DNA of 63,742 bases, counting the filler, from Licmophora abbreviata (Eukaryota), in assembly GCA_900291995.1 (NCBI GenBank). It is 11 parts of 11 records of this genome, joined end to end, with 100 filler letters (N's around TTAATTAATTAA, not from the genome) between each part and the next. Parts side by side here need not be neighbours in the genome. Positions count along the whole stretch, not along the records: positions 33,908 to 47,365 come from OLMU01003510.1; positions 47,466 to 49,318 come from OLMU01003511.1; positions 49,419 to 50,886 come from OLMU01003512.1; 8 more parts are not named here. One strand, written 5' to 3'. The position numbers and the translations under genes were made by a program. Positions 37,684 through 49,604 of the stretch are shown here, one piece after another. Position 1 is the stretch's first letter. Each line of letters starts with the position of its first letter. The notes beneath the pieces are model-generated. The model did no database searches. It worked only from the letters and a program-made list of their open reading frames with translations, and was not told where the DNA came from.

Positions 37684-40600
37684 CTAACGCAGCCAGAGGT
37701 AAGGCTTTCCAGGCGTGCACATTTCTGATATTCGCTCGGGTACCTCTGAAGTTGCAGCATCTGCGCTATCCAGCATGATGAAGTCAATTTCGTCGACACC
37801 GAGCTGTGCCTTGATGTATTGCTCACTACTCTGCAGGGTGACCACCTGGTTGAAAGGAAGTTTGATGTCCATGGCCATGGGTCCAACCTCCTCAACTTCC
37901 TTCTTGATGAATGAGGCGAACTGCATGGTGAACTTGATCATCTTCTTGTCTTGCAAGTTGCTGCCGCTCCATTTCTTCAAGTCAGCCATGAAGGTCCGTG
38001 GGAACACTCCGTCCTCGTCCTTGAACTGCTCTCGTGTCCACACAAGGACATCCTGTTTCCATTGAGGATAAGAGTCGGTGACAAGGATACTGCACTTTTT
38101 CCATCCTTTCTTAGCTTTTCCAAGCTGACTACGGAACCCTCTCAATGCACTCCGGAGATAGCTCGCTTGACGACTTAGGATCTTGTCTTCTTCATTGGCC
38201 ATTGGCCACGGCGCCAGTACGGCAAGACCTTCTTTCCCAATTCCCTTCCAGAGCTTCTCAGACCTGTGATTTTCAGACGGTGCGAGAGGAGAGTGAGGGA
38301 AACAAGACATGAACGGAAGGATGGTCAACCTGATAGAATTGGATCATACTAACGTACCAGTGAGGGCAGATAGGACAAATGAGGATGACCACGCTCTCAA
38401 CCCATTTTCGAATCACATCTCGTTGCAGGGGAATTCCACTGTCTTGGCACCAGCTTCGGTACTCATTTCTGACCAACATCATCTCAAACCAGCCGTGTTG
38501 GAGGCCTTCGCGAAAATGCATCGCTGCAAATGCATCTTCTGTCAGCTTAATGAGGCGATTCGTCTCATTTTGAATTACCCTATCCATGAAATTCAAGTCT
38601 CCGTCAGTGCGAAGCTCTGTGGATGCCAGCGTCTCGTTGATCCAGGTTTCTTCGTTGACGAGAGACACGATCGCGGAATCTGCAGTCTCGCGGCTGAAGT
38701 TGGCGTCGTCGAGCGAATCGCCAGCGTCAGCGCAAGCGAAACGAGTAGCGTCCGCGGAAAATTGCTCAACGGTGTCTTGCATGATCAAAAAATTCCCACG
38801 CGATTTGCTCATCTTTTCGGCGTCGACCAACACGTGTCCATTTGTGTAATATCCTTTTGGCCAGAGGTCAGGCTCATCCTCCCAAATAGCTGAGTGATTG
38901 AACAAGGCCATCGTAAGATGGTTTGGGATAAGATCCTTTGCACTCACGCGTAGATCCATTGGATACCAATAGCGAAACTCGGAGCGCATCTTGTTCATCA
39001 CGTCCACCCCGATGCCGCAGTTCTCCGGCAAAGCCCTATTGCGGTAAATGTAGTCGAACACCTCCTTCGTCAGGAATTTCGGGTCGACCTTGTCAGGTGA
39101 CAAAGAGTACTCTCCATTCAAGTTGTCATTGCCTTGCAAGATGTGAGCAATCGTGTAGTACGCCATGTAAATGGTACTGTCCGACAAACTCTCAATCACC
39201 CAAGCCTTATCCCAGGGCAAATGGGTACCAAGCCCAAATTGTCGCGTACAGGCCCACTCCTTCAACCAGCCAATGGTATACTCGTACTTGCCCAGAGCAT
39301 AAGGGTCGTATGCGTTGAACTTGGCACTATCAAGAACGTGAGCCTTTACAGCTGCGGTCCACGACTCTTCGCCGTACGCCAAGTACCATTGATCGGTAGC
39401 CGCCACGACGCACTCGTCGTTCGTTCTAGAAACCACGCGTGACTCTGGTTCGAAGTACAAACACGCCTTCCCTGCGGCAATCATCTCCTGTTTAATGATC
39501 GGCTTCACTTCGCTTACTTTCCTGCCCGCATACGGCCCAATCGTCATGACTCCAATGCTGAATCCTTTTAGGTATGTCTCGTCCTTGGCCTGCTGCAACT
39601 TGGCAGTGTCATTGAAACTCTTTATTTTGAGTTTCTCGCACATGTACACCGCTGATGCCTCTCCATATCCTTCAATCTGAATAATGGGAACCACTTCAAA
39701 GGGATCCACCATGTCCGGCGTAATGCCGTACTTGGCAGCAAAATCCGGCTTCTCCTGCAAGGCTTTGAGCGAAATATAATCGTCCGGAGCGTCACTCGGC
39801 ACTGAAGTGACGACCCCCGTTCCCTTATTCATACTAATCGTCAAGAGAGGAAGTGTGTAGACCTTATCATAGGTAGCCAGCGGAGCCTTGAGAGGCAAAC
39901 CGAGGAGTTCGTCTCCCGAGAACGTCTCGAGGCATGCGAGCTCGCCGAACTTATTGCTGAAGTACTGATCGTTCTCGTATAGCTGACAGGAAAGACCTCG
40001 GGCCGACCTGGCACTCATGATGAAGACTTCATCCGTTGCAGCAATGTAGTAGGCTCCGTATTCACCAGTTGGCAAAACAAAGCAGTTGGTCTGCCCATAC
40101 ATGGTTTCCGGGCGAAGCGTGGCAGGCACCATGTATACCCCCTTCCTGTCTTCCTGGGCTTCTAGGAGAGCCGTCATCTTCTCGTGGCGTGCTTGGCCGT
40201 GATCAGGTGGCAAAACCTCCAATTTGATGAGAACGTATTCCTGCGGACCGACGCCCTCTCCTTCACTGCGATCGTGGTCGGCACAGACTTGTCCATCAAC
40301 CAACGAGTACACGTTGTTGCGCTTTCCAAAGAGGACCTTGTTTTTCTCTCTCAACACTTCAAATTGCCAACGGATAAAGGCATCATAGTAGGGATTCACC
40401 TCCGTTGTAATGAAGGATCGACGCCAGTCGACTCCTGCACCAAACCTCTTCATATGCGTCACGCCAAGGGGAGGAAAGTACATGAGCCAGTGAACGGGAT
40501 CGACAAACTGCGGGATCTCTTCGGCGGGCATCATCATGAGAAGGATATTCCACTGCCGCACGATACCGGTTCCAGTCTTTTTGACCAACTTGGCCTTGCC

Positions 40601-41187
40601 CCCCTTGGCCTTCTTTTCAGGATTGGCGGCCTTGGCTTTGGCCTCGGCTTCGGCCGCCAGCTCGGCCTCCATGCGGGCCCGCACCTCGGGATCGTCTTCC
40701 GGAAACTGAGGAGGACATCCAAACAATTCAATCTCAGACTTTAGTTTATTGGCGGCCTATCAAGGAGAAGAGAGAGAGAGCAGTGAGTCTCTGTCCGATC
40801 GATGGCACAATTGGAAAACTGCAAGAGATCTCCTCAGGCGCACACTGCACCATGCGACACCCGTCTACCACACACACATACCGCTTGAATTGGCATTCCG
40901 GTGCAATGAAACGCAAAGGGAAACAAGACATTCTTTCCTCGATGACGTTCGAACTGGGCCCGAAAGACCGCCTTGGTCAGACTGAAGGCATGTCCAATGT
41001 GCAAGTGTCCATTGGAGTACGGATACGGAAAGGTGACTAGGAACTTGTCACTTCCTGATGTTTCATCAAAGTTTGCTTCGAAGGCACCCTCTCGTTCCCA
41101 CATGGCTTGCACATCGATCTCATTGCTGACAAGAGCATCGCGCTTAGCAGTGCCCTTCGGAGCGGCAGAGACAGACAAGGACGCCAT
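37684..41187 (-). CDS. LARS: Cytosolic leucyl-tRNA synthetase, 3 exons
   Basis: Exons 41187-40882, 40756-38358 and 38263-37684. Motifs FPYPYSNGHLHIGH, GMPIQA|AANKL, ATLRPETMYGQTN, GTGVVTSVPSDAPDD and KMSKS. Confidence 0.97.
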
Positions 41188-41908
41188 GGCGTTGTTGATT
41201 CGATCTGGAGTGTAAGAGAGGTGATCTTGTGATGAGAGGCTAGTGCTGTTATTAGTAATGCGACAGGCGACGAGTGTGATGAAATGCTGACATCCTGGCC
41301 GCACAAATTCATCGTCCGCCTGTCGTACGTTGATCCTTTTGATAGTGAAAGTCAAAATAAAAATAGTCCTCGTGGACGAATAAAGTTCTTTGCGCCAGCC
41401 AATCCATGTTCGAAGCGTTGCAACCATAGAACCAGCACACACTTTGAGCACTTCCATGATCTAGTCTATCATCCCGCTTTCTAACGACATCGGACGAAGA
41501 AGTTGACGACATTGTTGCCTTGATGGAGTATGGGGCTCTGTTCCGTATGTATTACGCCCTTGTGTCGCATCTAATGGAAGATCCACTGGAGGTGTTTTAT
41601 CAGCTCATCTACTGTGATCACGGTCCTATGCTGAAAGCTCGGGTTCCAGCTGGGACGACTTCGATCGTTTGATGTATCATCTAAATCAAACCCAGATATG
41701 TGACCTTGGTTCTACACGTGGTTTTGGCGCAGACAACCGTGGGTTCCTTACGGCCACGGTTGTATCTTCCACAATCCTTTTGTTTTCCATCATGCTTGAC
41801 ATTCAGGTTTGGATTATTAGAAGCTAATGATAACACAATAATGATAACATAAAAATGCTATTATTGGACCAATTATTCTGTGCGTCACACGCTGGTAGCC
41901 AGCACACT

Positions 41909-43117
41909 CTACTTGCGTCCTCGTCCTGGCACAGGACCCCACTTGAAGAGGATGGCATCGATGTAGGATCCCGCACGTCCTTCCAATCCACACAACTGAC
42001 AGCCTTCCGGCGCCTTGATCACCTTCAAGACTCCTGGCTTCTCGCCCCTCCGTCCCATTCCACCGCACGGTCCTAGCGTCTTGCCATTGTTCGTGGTAAA
42101 CTCGAGCGACTGAACCAACTTGTCGGCTCGCACCTTGACCTCCGTGACATAGTCCCTCGGCTCGAGCTTCATCGTGACCGCTGTGCCCGTTTTCTTGCCT
42201 TCACTGAACTCCTTGTGATTGAAATATTCGATATGAATCTGATGAATGGCATGTCCATCGTGACGAAGCGTGATTTCTCTGATGCTGCGGTGGTTGCCAT
42301 GCTCGAATCCCTTGCCACCATTGCCACCATACTTTTCAGACGTACTAAACTTTTTCTTCTTTTTCTTCTTTTTGGCTTCCAGTTCAGCCTTGGTGAATGT
42401 CTTTTTCGGGGGAGGAGCGGGGGTCTGTATGATGTAGTGATTGTTTGGCGACAGAGTTGTAATAATAGTACAAGTTGCAGTGAGAGTCTTGTCGTGATTT
42501 ACAATAACAACGCAATCGGACAAGCGACTCCTAAACACTCACATCCTCCTCCTCCTCCTCCTCCTCTTCTTCCTCTTCTTCTTCGTCCTCGATTTCATCC
42601 CACAAGGCTCGATTGTAGCCAAAATGCTTGGCAGCTTTCTTTTGTTCGTCCGTCATGTCCTTCCAATACCAGTGCTCGCATGGCAAATCTTCCATCTCCC
42701 AATCATCATCCCACTTGTCCTGTTATTATAAATGAAAAGCAAAAGATCCAAACACCAAAGTGAGTGCAATGATATCACTCTCCTTTTTCACTAGAGCAAC
42801 ACACATTGCAGAAGTGTGCTATACGTATACTCTCTAGTACTCTCTCTCACCTGATCGTATCCAAGGACTTGTGCATGCTTCTGAGTTAGTTCCGGAGTCT
42901 CTTCCCACCAAATGTCAAGTTTGGTGTCGAGAGGTTCTTCGCCAAGATAGCGAGCAGCCCTAAGTTCCTGGATGGTACACTCGTCCCAGTCCTTGCTGTC
43001 GTAGGGCACATCTTCGTCGTCATCCCACAAGCTGTGCGTGTAGCCCAGCTGCTTGGCATACTTCTTTTGCTTTTCAGGGAGATCTTCCCACCACCAGTCG
43101 AGGTAGTGCTCGGGCAT
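41909..43117 (-). CDS. Trp-repeat + acidic/basic linker + jacalin-like lectin domain protein, 3 exons
   Basis: Exons 43117-42851, 42719-42543 and 42424-41909 are all phase 0. Four W.(E/D)...Q..AA..LGY....WD repeats, poly-E and poly-K, then a jacalin-like domain (YGGNGGKGF...VQSLEFTTNNGKTLGPCGG...GRAGSYIDAI). Confidence 0.82.
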
Positions 43118-43260
43118 CTTTGTTGGGATGATCTTCTTGTTGTCGAGGGGAAAGAGAGTGGAGAATGAAGATGATGATGGCACCACTTCTTGTTTGGCGA
43201 TGTGTGTGTTTTGTGGCGAACTTTGGGTTGTCATCGCGGAAATTAGATCCAAACCGGGAC

Positions 43261-43268
43261 TGACGTCA
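43261..43268. promoter_or_regulatory. TGACGTCA in the jacalin-gene/HPt divergent promoter
   Basis: Perfect palindrome in a ~430-bp head-to-head region. Function not demonstrated. Confidence 0.4.
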
Positions 43269-43549
43269 ATCCCACATTCAACATATCTAGCTGTCTATGA
43301 GCCATGAGCCGGCCAGCTCGTCTCGCCGGCACGGAATGATCATTGAAGGCCCGGAGAAGGCGACCTCAGCACAGCCACAGCCACAGCCACACACACAGCA
43401 CCACCTTTTTCTTCCGACTCACTTTCACAGATGACACGCACATGACCTCTCGTCCCTGCTAGAGTCGAGTCTAGCTCTGTGCTGTCCGTCGGTATTGTTT
43501 TGATTCGTTTTCACCCTACGACTCGTCCTATCAGTATCGTACTCGAACC

Positions 43550-44217
43550 ATGTCTACTCCTTCCACTACTGCTACTACGAATGCCTCGCAGCAGCAGCAG
43601 CAGCAGCAGAAAGTAGTCATTGATTGGGACGAAGCCATGGAGCAGTGTGGCGATGACGAAGAATTTTTACGAGAGCTCTTGGGGGACCTGCGAGCGGAAA
43701 CGGACGCACAAATGATCAAAATCAAGGAAGTCTTGCAGGTAGGGATGATGAACGGAACCACCCAATCTCTGGAGAGTACGAGGTGTCTACTAGCAGCAGG
43801 GAGTGTCTGTTTTGGAATGCGTGACAGCACAGACACTGCTGTGGTGGCAGTCGTCTCGTATAGCGAACGAGTATTCTAGCTACTACAGTAGCTCTGCGGA
43901 GACTATAACTGTTACGGATAGAAAAATCAAGACTCACCACCCTGCTTCTCTTTCTCTCTACCCAGAACGTTTCAAACAATGAACCCGACAAGCTTCACAC
44001 AATTATGCGAGCCAGCCATGTCATCAAGGGCGCGGCCAGCAATCTCATGTGCGGTGAATTGAGGGTGGCGGCAATGCAATTGGAACAGGCTTCGAGCAAT
44101 GGTGGTGGTATGGCAACGACAAACAATTCAACCGAACACAGTCTTCAACAACCCTATGACAATCTGAAGCGAGCTGTAGAAAACTATCATGCCTTTTTGC
44201 AAAGCATAGGAATATAA
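43550..44217 (+). CDS. Stand-alone histidine phosphotransfer (HPt) protein, 2 exons
   Basis: Intron 43739-43965. IDWDEAMEQCGDDEEFLRELL...ASHVIKGAASNLMC matches the HPt H..KG signature. Confidence 0.88.
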
Positions 44218-44496
44218 AATATAACGAAATCCTCCAATCGGTTCCATTATATATATTGCACACAGCACACTTACACTTCACTATACTGTTCTAGTAGAGC
44301 TATCCTACAACCTCCGTGTGATGTCTGTTAAGTAGAATTGCATTGGATTAGTATTCTGCGTCAGAGCCAGTCGCCGACTCCCTCGTTCATACTCGTCAAG
44401 TGCCTCCCAGCTTGATACGCTACACGCAGCAGCAGCACACCATGTGGATCGCAGTAACAGCCAACAATCAATTACCAACAACCCCCATTGCATCCA

Positions 44497-45900
44497 CTAC
44501 TCTCGTAAAAAGTACGCCACCAAGTCTCGCGCGCTCACAACTCCCATTAACGACTCATTCTCGTCCAGTACAAACAGTCGATTGAATTTGATTTGAGCAA
44601 AGTACTCAAAGATGCTCTGAAGTGTATGCTGGGTCGTACATGTGTGCAAGGCATCGGGCGTTGTGACGACATCGTTGCGCTGTTGCTGCAACAGATCTCC
44701 AAGCGTCAACTCCAAATTTTGAATGGCATCGGCGGCATCACTGGAAGAGGCCAAGAACGTAATGTCCGAGCGAGAATATACCCCCACCAATCGTTGAATC
44801 GTCGTATCACCTGCTGTACTAGCAGTCGTTTCCACAACAGGGAGCGCCGATAATCCGTGCTGTTGGAGTTTTTCCAGGGCCTCTGCGAGAGTTTCTCTGG
44901 GAGAACTCGTAATGAGCTTGTCGTGGTACGTGCCTATGCCCAGCTCCCAAACAGTATCATCAAACAAGCGTCGCTGTTCGCGAAAGTTTGTCACAAGGAA
45001 TTCGAGTATGGTGGTGTAGCTGATACAGGCCAAGACGCGCATATCTTCGGGCATCAGGACCGGCAGAAAGTCCAAGGAATGCTGGTGCAGCAACTGACAT
45101 GCTTGTTGGAGTGTGGTGGCCGTATCGGTGGCCAGGAAGTTTCCGCAGTGATAGGGACTCGTGGAGGAAATCGTAGTACTACTCCTGTTGTTGAATCGCA
45201 CCAAGACACCCTCGAGAATGTCTCGATCGCTGAGTATGTCGGCAATGGAGCGTGTGCCGAGGGAAGTGGGATCTGTTCCTGTTTTGCGGTAGTGTCGAAG
45301 GATGTCGATAAAGTCCGTGACGGTCAAGAGTCCCACAAACTGACACTGAGCAGGGTTCCAAAGAGGAGCTGCTTGCATGTCTGGAGACAGCAAGAGTAGG
45401 ACAAGGGGAAGGAAGGAGCGACGCAAAGAAGCATGAGAAATCAAGACAAAGGTCAATTAGCTCTCTCTTTACTAGTCGAGAGTCCAGTAAGTATGCTCGA
45501 TACGATGAAACAGGAGAACTGAATCCGACCTGTACCCCCGTCCCGCACGAACGGTCTCTTGAGTTTCTCCAAACTTTGCGTAGACAGCAGTACAGTTTCT
45601 ACGCAAGATGTCAGTTCGTTCGAAAATCTCTGTGCACGTACCATGTTCGACCAGGGCATAAAAGGCGAGCTGGATCGGTATCCGCACATCAAAGACAACG
45701 ACCTTCCCACTCGCTCGGAGCACACTGAAGCACGTGTTCGTACGCAAAAAGTCGGAAATGGCTTGGCGTCCAGCCTTCCGTACTACTTGACGTTCATTTG
45801 CGAACAAGACGGACGAGGATGGATCCACGGCAGCAGCAGCTGCAGGATTCGCGCTTTCCATTGCAGCAGTACCACTCATGATGGCAGAAGACTGATCCAT
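44497..45900 (-). CDS. AMPK/SNF4 gamma regulatory subunit (CBS domains), 2 exons
   Basis: Intron 45381-45641. Motifs SGKVVVFD, EH|DMQAAPLWN, FVGLLTVTDFI, LSALPVV, GVYSRSD and GVVSARD. Confidence 0.9.
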
Positions 45901-46255
45901 CTATATCATTGAGAGTGGGGGAGAGAGAGGGGGTGGTACGTGTCGATGACAAGTAGTCTACGACGCAAAGTAGGAAGTGCGACAAGAAATGGCACTGATG
46001 GACACACAGCGCCAGTCTGGATCGAAACGTCTTCCTGTAGTTTCATAGTAGACTTCTACGTAAAGGTTCTCTTAGAGCGAACTCTGATGTTGGAAACAGA
46101 GGTCGCGCCCTTCATTTCGTACATACCCGGTACATTGAACATGCATGCTACAACATGTTCAATGTATCACAGAGACGTCAGTCGAACAGTAGTAGTCTAA
46201 TATCTCCTAGGTGTACCGTGCCATATTGGGCGTCAATGTCACTTGTAAACAATGA

Positions 46256-47317
46256 TCATGCTGACTCCTCGTCCGCACACGGAGCCTTGAATCTGGGGAA
46301 TGGCCGTTCCTCCATTTTCGGACCTGGATTCTTGTCCAATAACGTGTACAGTTCTTCGTTGTAGGGTTGAAACAGTTGACCAAGCTCCTTCTGGACCGAG
46401 CATGGCGGCTTGGCATCAGATGTGGATCCACTATTTTGCCGCCCGGCGTCCTCTCCAAAGGCTGTGACATTGCCACTAAAACCCAGAAACCGGTGGATAC
46501 GGCCGAAGAATTTTTGAGGATTGATTTTAAGCTCATCGAAGGACAGCAACAATATTTGCTTTCGGTCGAAGGCCGCAAACCATTCCTTCAAATGCGCCAC
46601 ATACACTCCAGTATATTGCCGAAGTTTCGGTTCACTTGGACGTCCATCCTCCCATATTGTAGCCGGAAATGTGACATTCACATACTCTTTAAACGAGCGA
46701 ACGTCCTCCCCACCCCCCTCACCATCCTTCTCCAAAGCTTCGTGCTGACGATCACCCCGTGTATGAATACGAACCATCATTTGGTATCGCGACACTTCCC
46801 TTGACACCGGTTCTCTCAAGATAATAATGATTCGAAGTTTATCAGCAGTACCTTGCTCTTCATACGTCTCTTTCACTCTCCTTGGAGCCCGCAAATAGTT
46901 CGGCGTACCATCGATTATATAGGGAGTCGTTCCACAATGCTCCCAGCGGCTACGAAAAAAGTCGATTCCCCATACGTAACGATCGGCGCGGTCAAAATAA
47001 TGCAGCTCCTTTGGGGAGGTGTCTGGGAACTCGGTGGCCCCATCGACGGGCTTGGGGAAGCAAACGTCGTCGCGCATAGCCAGCCAGGACGATACGAATG
47101 TAGTTCCTGCCTTTTGAGCTCCCGCGACGAGCACATTGGGGATGCGACGTGTGTTTTCCGGCTTTTTGACGGGGCGTTTTTTCACCTGCTTTCTAGTACT
47201 AGTAGGTGGTGCTTGGGCTGCTAGAGGAACTAGCGAAGGATAGCAGAGTGTGGCGATACCAATCACTGCGGCCAACACGAGGATGCTGATCAACCCTTGC
47301 GGAGTGCCGCGAGCCAT
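46256..47317 (-). CDS. Golgi-type sulfotransferase (heparan-sulfate 3-O-ST/NDST-like), paralog 1
   Basis: TM anchor, 5'-PSB GAQKAGTT, KELHYFD, DGTPNYL, 3'-PB LREPVSREVSRY and FQPYNEELY. Confidence 0.9.
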   Translation of the reverse strand: MARGTPQGLISILVLAAVIGIATLCYPSLVPLAAQAPPTSTRKQVKKRPVKKPENTRRIPNVLVAGAQKAGTTFVSSWLAMRDDVCFPKPVDGATEFPDTSPKELHYFDRADRYVWGIDFFRSRWEHCGTTPYIIDGTPNYLRAPRRVKETYEEQGTADKLRIIIILREPVSREVSRYQMMVRIHTRGDRQHEALEKDGEGGGEDVRSFKEYVNVTFPATIWEDGRPSEPKLRQYTGVYVAHLKEWFAAFDRKQILLLSFDELKINPQKFFGRIHRFLGFSGNVTAFGEDAGRQNSGSTSDAKPPCSVQKELGQLFQPYNEELYTLLDKNPGPKMEERPFPRFKAPCADEESA

Positions 47318-47940
47318 TGTTCCAACAGTGTAGAGCTCAGGAAGAAGGGGGGACGTATGTCTTGTNNNNNNNNNNNNNNNNNNNNNNNNNNNNNNNNNNN
47401 NNNNNNNNNTTAATTAATTAANNNNNNNNNNNNNNNNNNNNNNNNNNNNNNNNNNNNNNNNNNNNTAGATAGATAGATTGATTGTTTAGTGTTAGTTGGA
47501 AGGTGGAACCTTACTGTACTGACACATTGACACGCCTTTTACCAGGGACTGATCTGATGGTATCGGTACGGCACTCGTTCACCTCATGCCTACTCAATCC
47601 GCCTTTCTAATACTGTCTGAAGTTTGTAAACTCTGTCGACTCATAGCCACCGTAACCCAGACAAACTTTACGATCCTTCTTATTCGTCGGGGGCCGTCCT
47701 CAGAATCTGTGGAACTGTAAGATCGACCATAGTGGTTGCTTCCCCCGTCCTGCCCATCGTCGTATATAACACCAGGTATCTCTCTCGTCGTACGGTATAT
47801 AACAACCCGAACATGTCTACAACTATGATGACGACCAGATCAAGCACGTCTCCTCTGCTGAGCTATCGACACGTCTCCAATACGACGACACCTGCGTCTC
47901 TCTTGAAGAAACAAAGTAGTACTTAGTAGGATAGAATTAC

Positions 47941-49104
47941 TTACTCCAAATCCACGGGATTGATCAAGCTTTCCGAAAAACCCTTGAGTTTCTCCACTCC
48001 GCGCACTTCATAATCCAACAGCGGCTGCAAGACGACGTGAAAATCATCTCCATACAAGTCAAAGCACTGCCCAATGTACTTGTCCTGCATTCGCTTGCGC
48101 GCCATCATTTTCGAACAAATCTCTCGAGCCTCTTTCGGGAGCTTATCCTTGGTCTCGTCAAACCACTCTCCGAGTTCCTCCGCATCCTTTTCTGGAAACA
48201 AGACTTGGTTGACAACAATGTTATGCGAATCAATGCCAAACTTGGATAGTTCTTGTACAAGACGTTCTGTCTCATAAATGGACAAGAATTCCGGAATGCA
48301 GACGCAGACAAAGGTGGTGACAGCTGGATCCTGGAAGGCGTCATTGACCTTGTTAATGACAACCCGCGTCTCTTCCAGTCTTCCGAGGAGCATGTCTTGC
48401 ATGTTTTCCGGAGAGCCACCGGAAAACATGGCCGAGGCTTGTCCGATCAAGCCTCCAAAGCGGTCCTTGAGTTCCATGACTTTGCCGAGTGCCTTTTCGA
48501 GAATCGTGGGGAAGCTGAGGAGCCTGAGAGTATGTCCCGTCGGAGCAGTGTCGAAGACGACAACGTCAAAGTCCAAGGACTGGACTTGTTTCATGAGTTC
48601 ACTGAAACTCATCGCTTCGTCAATGCCTGGGATGCTGTTGGTGAGTTCCGCCATGAGCGCGTTGACGCCCGAGTCGTCGGCTCCCTCTTCGCTCAAAGAT
48701 CGCTGCATTTCCTCCATGTCATCGTTGGCATCGATTTCCATGGCGCTGAGATTATCGAATCCTGCAATGGGAGTGGGTTCGCGTCCGATTTTCTGACAAA
48801 AGGCATCGCTGAGATTGTGGGCGGGGTCTGTACTGACCAGCAACACCTTTTTGCGAGTTTTGGCCAGCTGGATTCCGAGACAGCACGATGTGGTGGTCTT
48901 TCCCACTCCTCCTTTGCCTGAAGAGTCGGAGCAGAGAAAAAGACCTATAGTGTGAGCAAACGAATGAATCATAACAGTCGGTCTGTCGTGATACAGAGAG
49001 TCAAGAAACCGACATTACGTGCCTCCGACAAAGACCCACTGAAGAGACGTCTGGTCAATAATGTTCTTCAGCGAAGGGTCCGGCAAGTCCAAGTCCTCGT
49101 CCAT
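47941..49104 (-). CDS. ASNA1: GET3/ASNA1 ATPase, 2 exons (GC-AG intron)
   Basis: [45 protein letters not shown] and [15 protein letters not shown]. Intron 48918-49022. Confidence 0.96.
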
Positions 49105-49604
49105 CTTGATCAGTGCAGTACAACGAGGATACGACTCAGTGAACACGAAAGAAAGGCAAACCCCTCGATAACAGCTTGGATGAAACGGATCTCTCGAGAA
49201 ACAAAACGAAACTGCCATTGCACATCGCCGCATTCGACTGGAGTCGACTCGACTCACTCGACTCGAATGGAAACTTGTGGCTGACAAGGATTTGAGACAG
49301 ACAGACAGACAGACGATANNNNNNNNNNNNNNNNNNNNNNNNNNNNNNNNNNNNNNNNNNNNTTAATTAATTAANNNNNNNNNNNNNNNNNNNNNNNNNN
49401 NNNNNNNNNNNNNNNNNNGGCCCAAGAGTCATTCTTTTGGGGTATTGCCATAAATAGTGACGGTCACTCTGCTCTTGGAGTGCCTGGACACTCTCGTTCC
49501 GGCTCACAATTTCCCTTGTCCTATCATACTACTCACTAGACGACGAGACGATCATTGCAACGACGAGACGCTCTATTTAATACATAGAGAGAAGTCCTGC
49601 AGCC

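Noticed and set aside
41228..41290. TGATGA...TGATGA...CTGA resembling a C/D box snoRNA
   Set aside because: It is antisense to the LeuRS 5' leader, where TCATCA-type motifs are common; no recognisable rRNA guide or terminal stem.
47466..47490. (TAGA)n next to a gap as a non-LTR retrotransposon tail
   Set aside because: No RT/endonuclease remnant or target-site duplication seen; microsatellites commonly end contigs.
47533..47543. CGCCTTTTACC identical to the U5 snRNA loop I
   Set aside because: The flanks do not form the U5 stem and I see no properly placed Sm site; an Infernal search would settle it.
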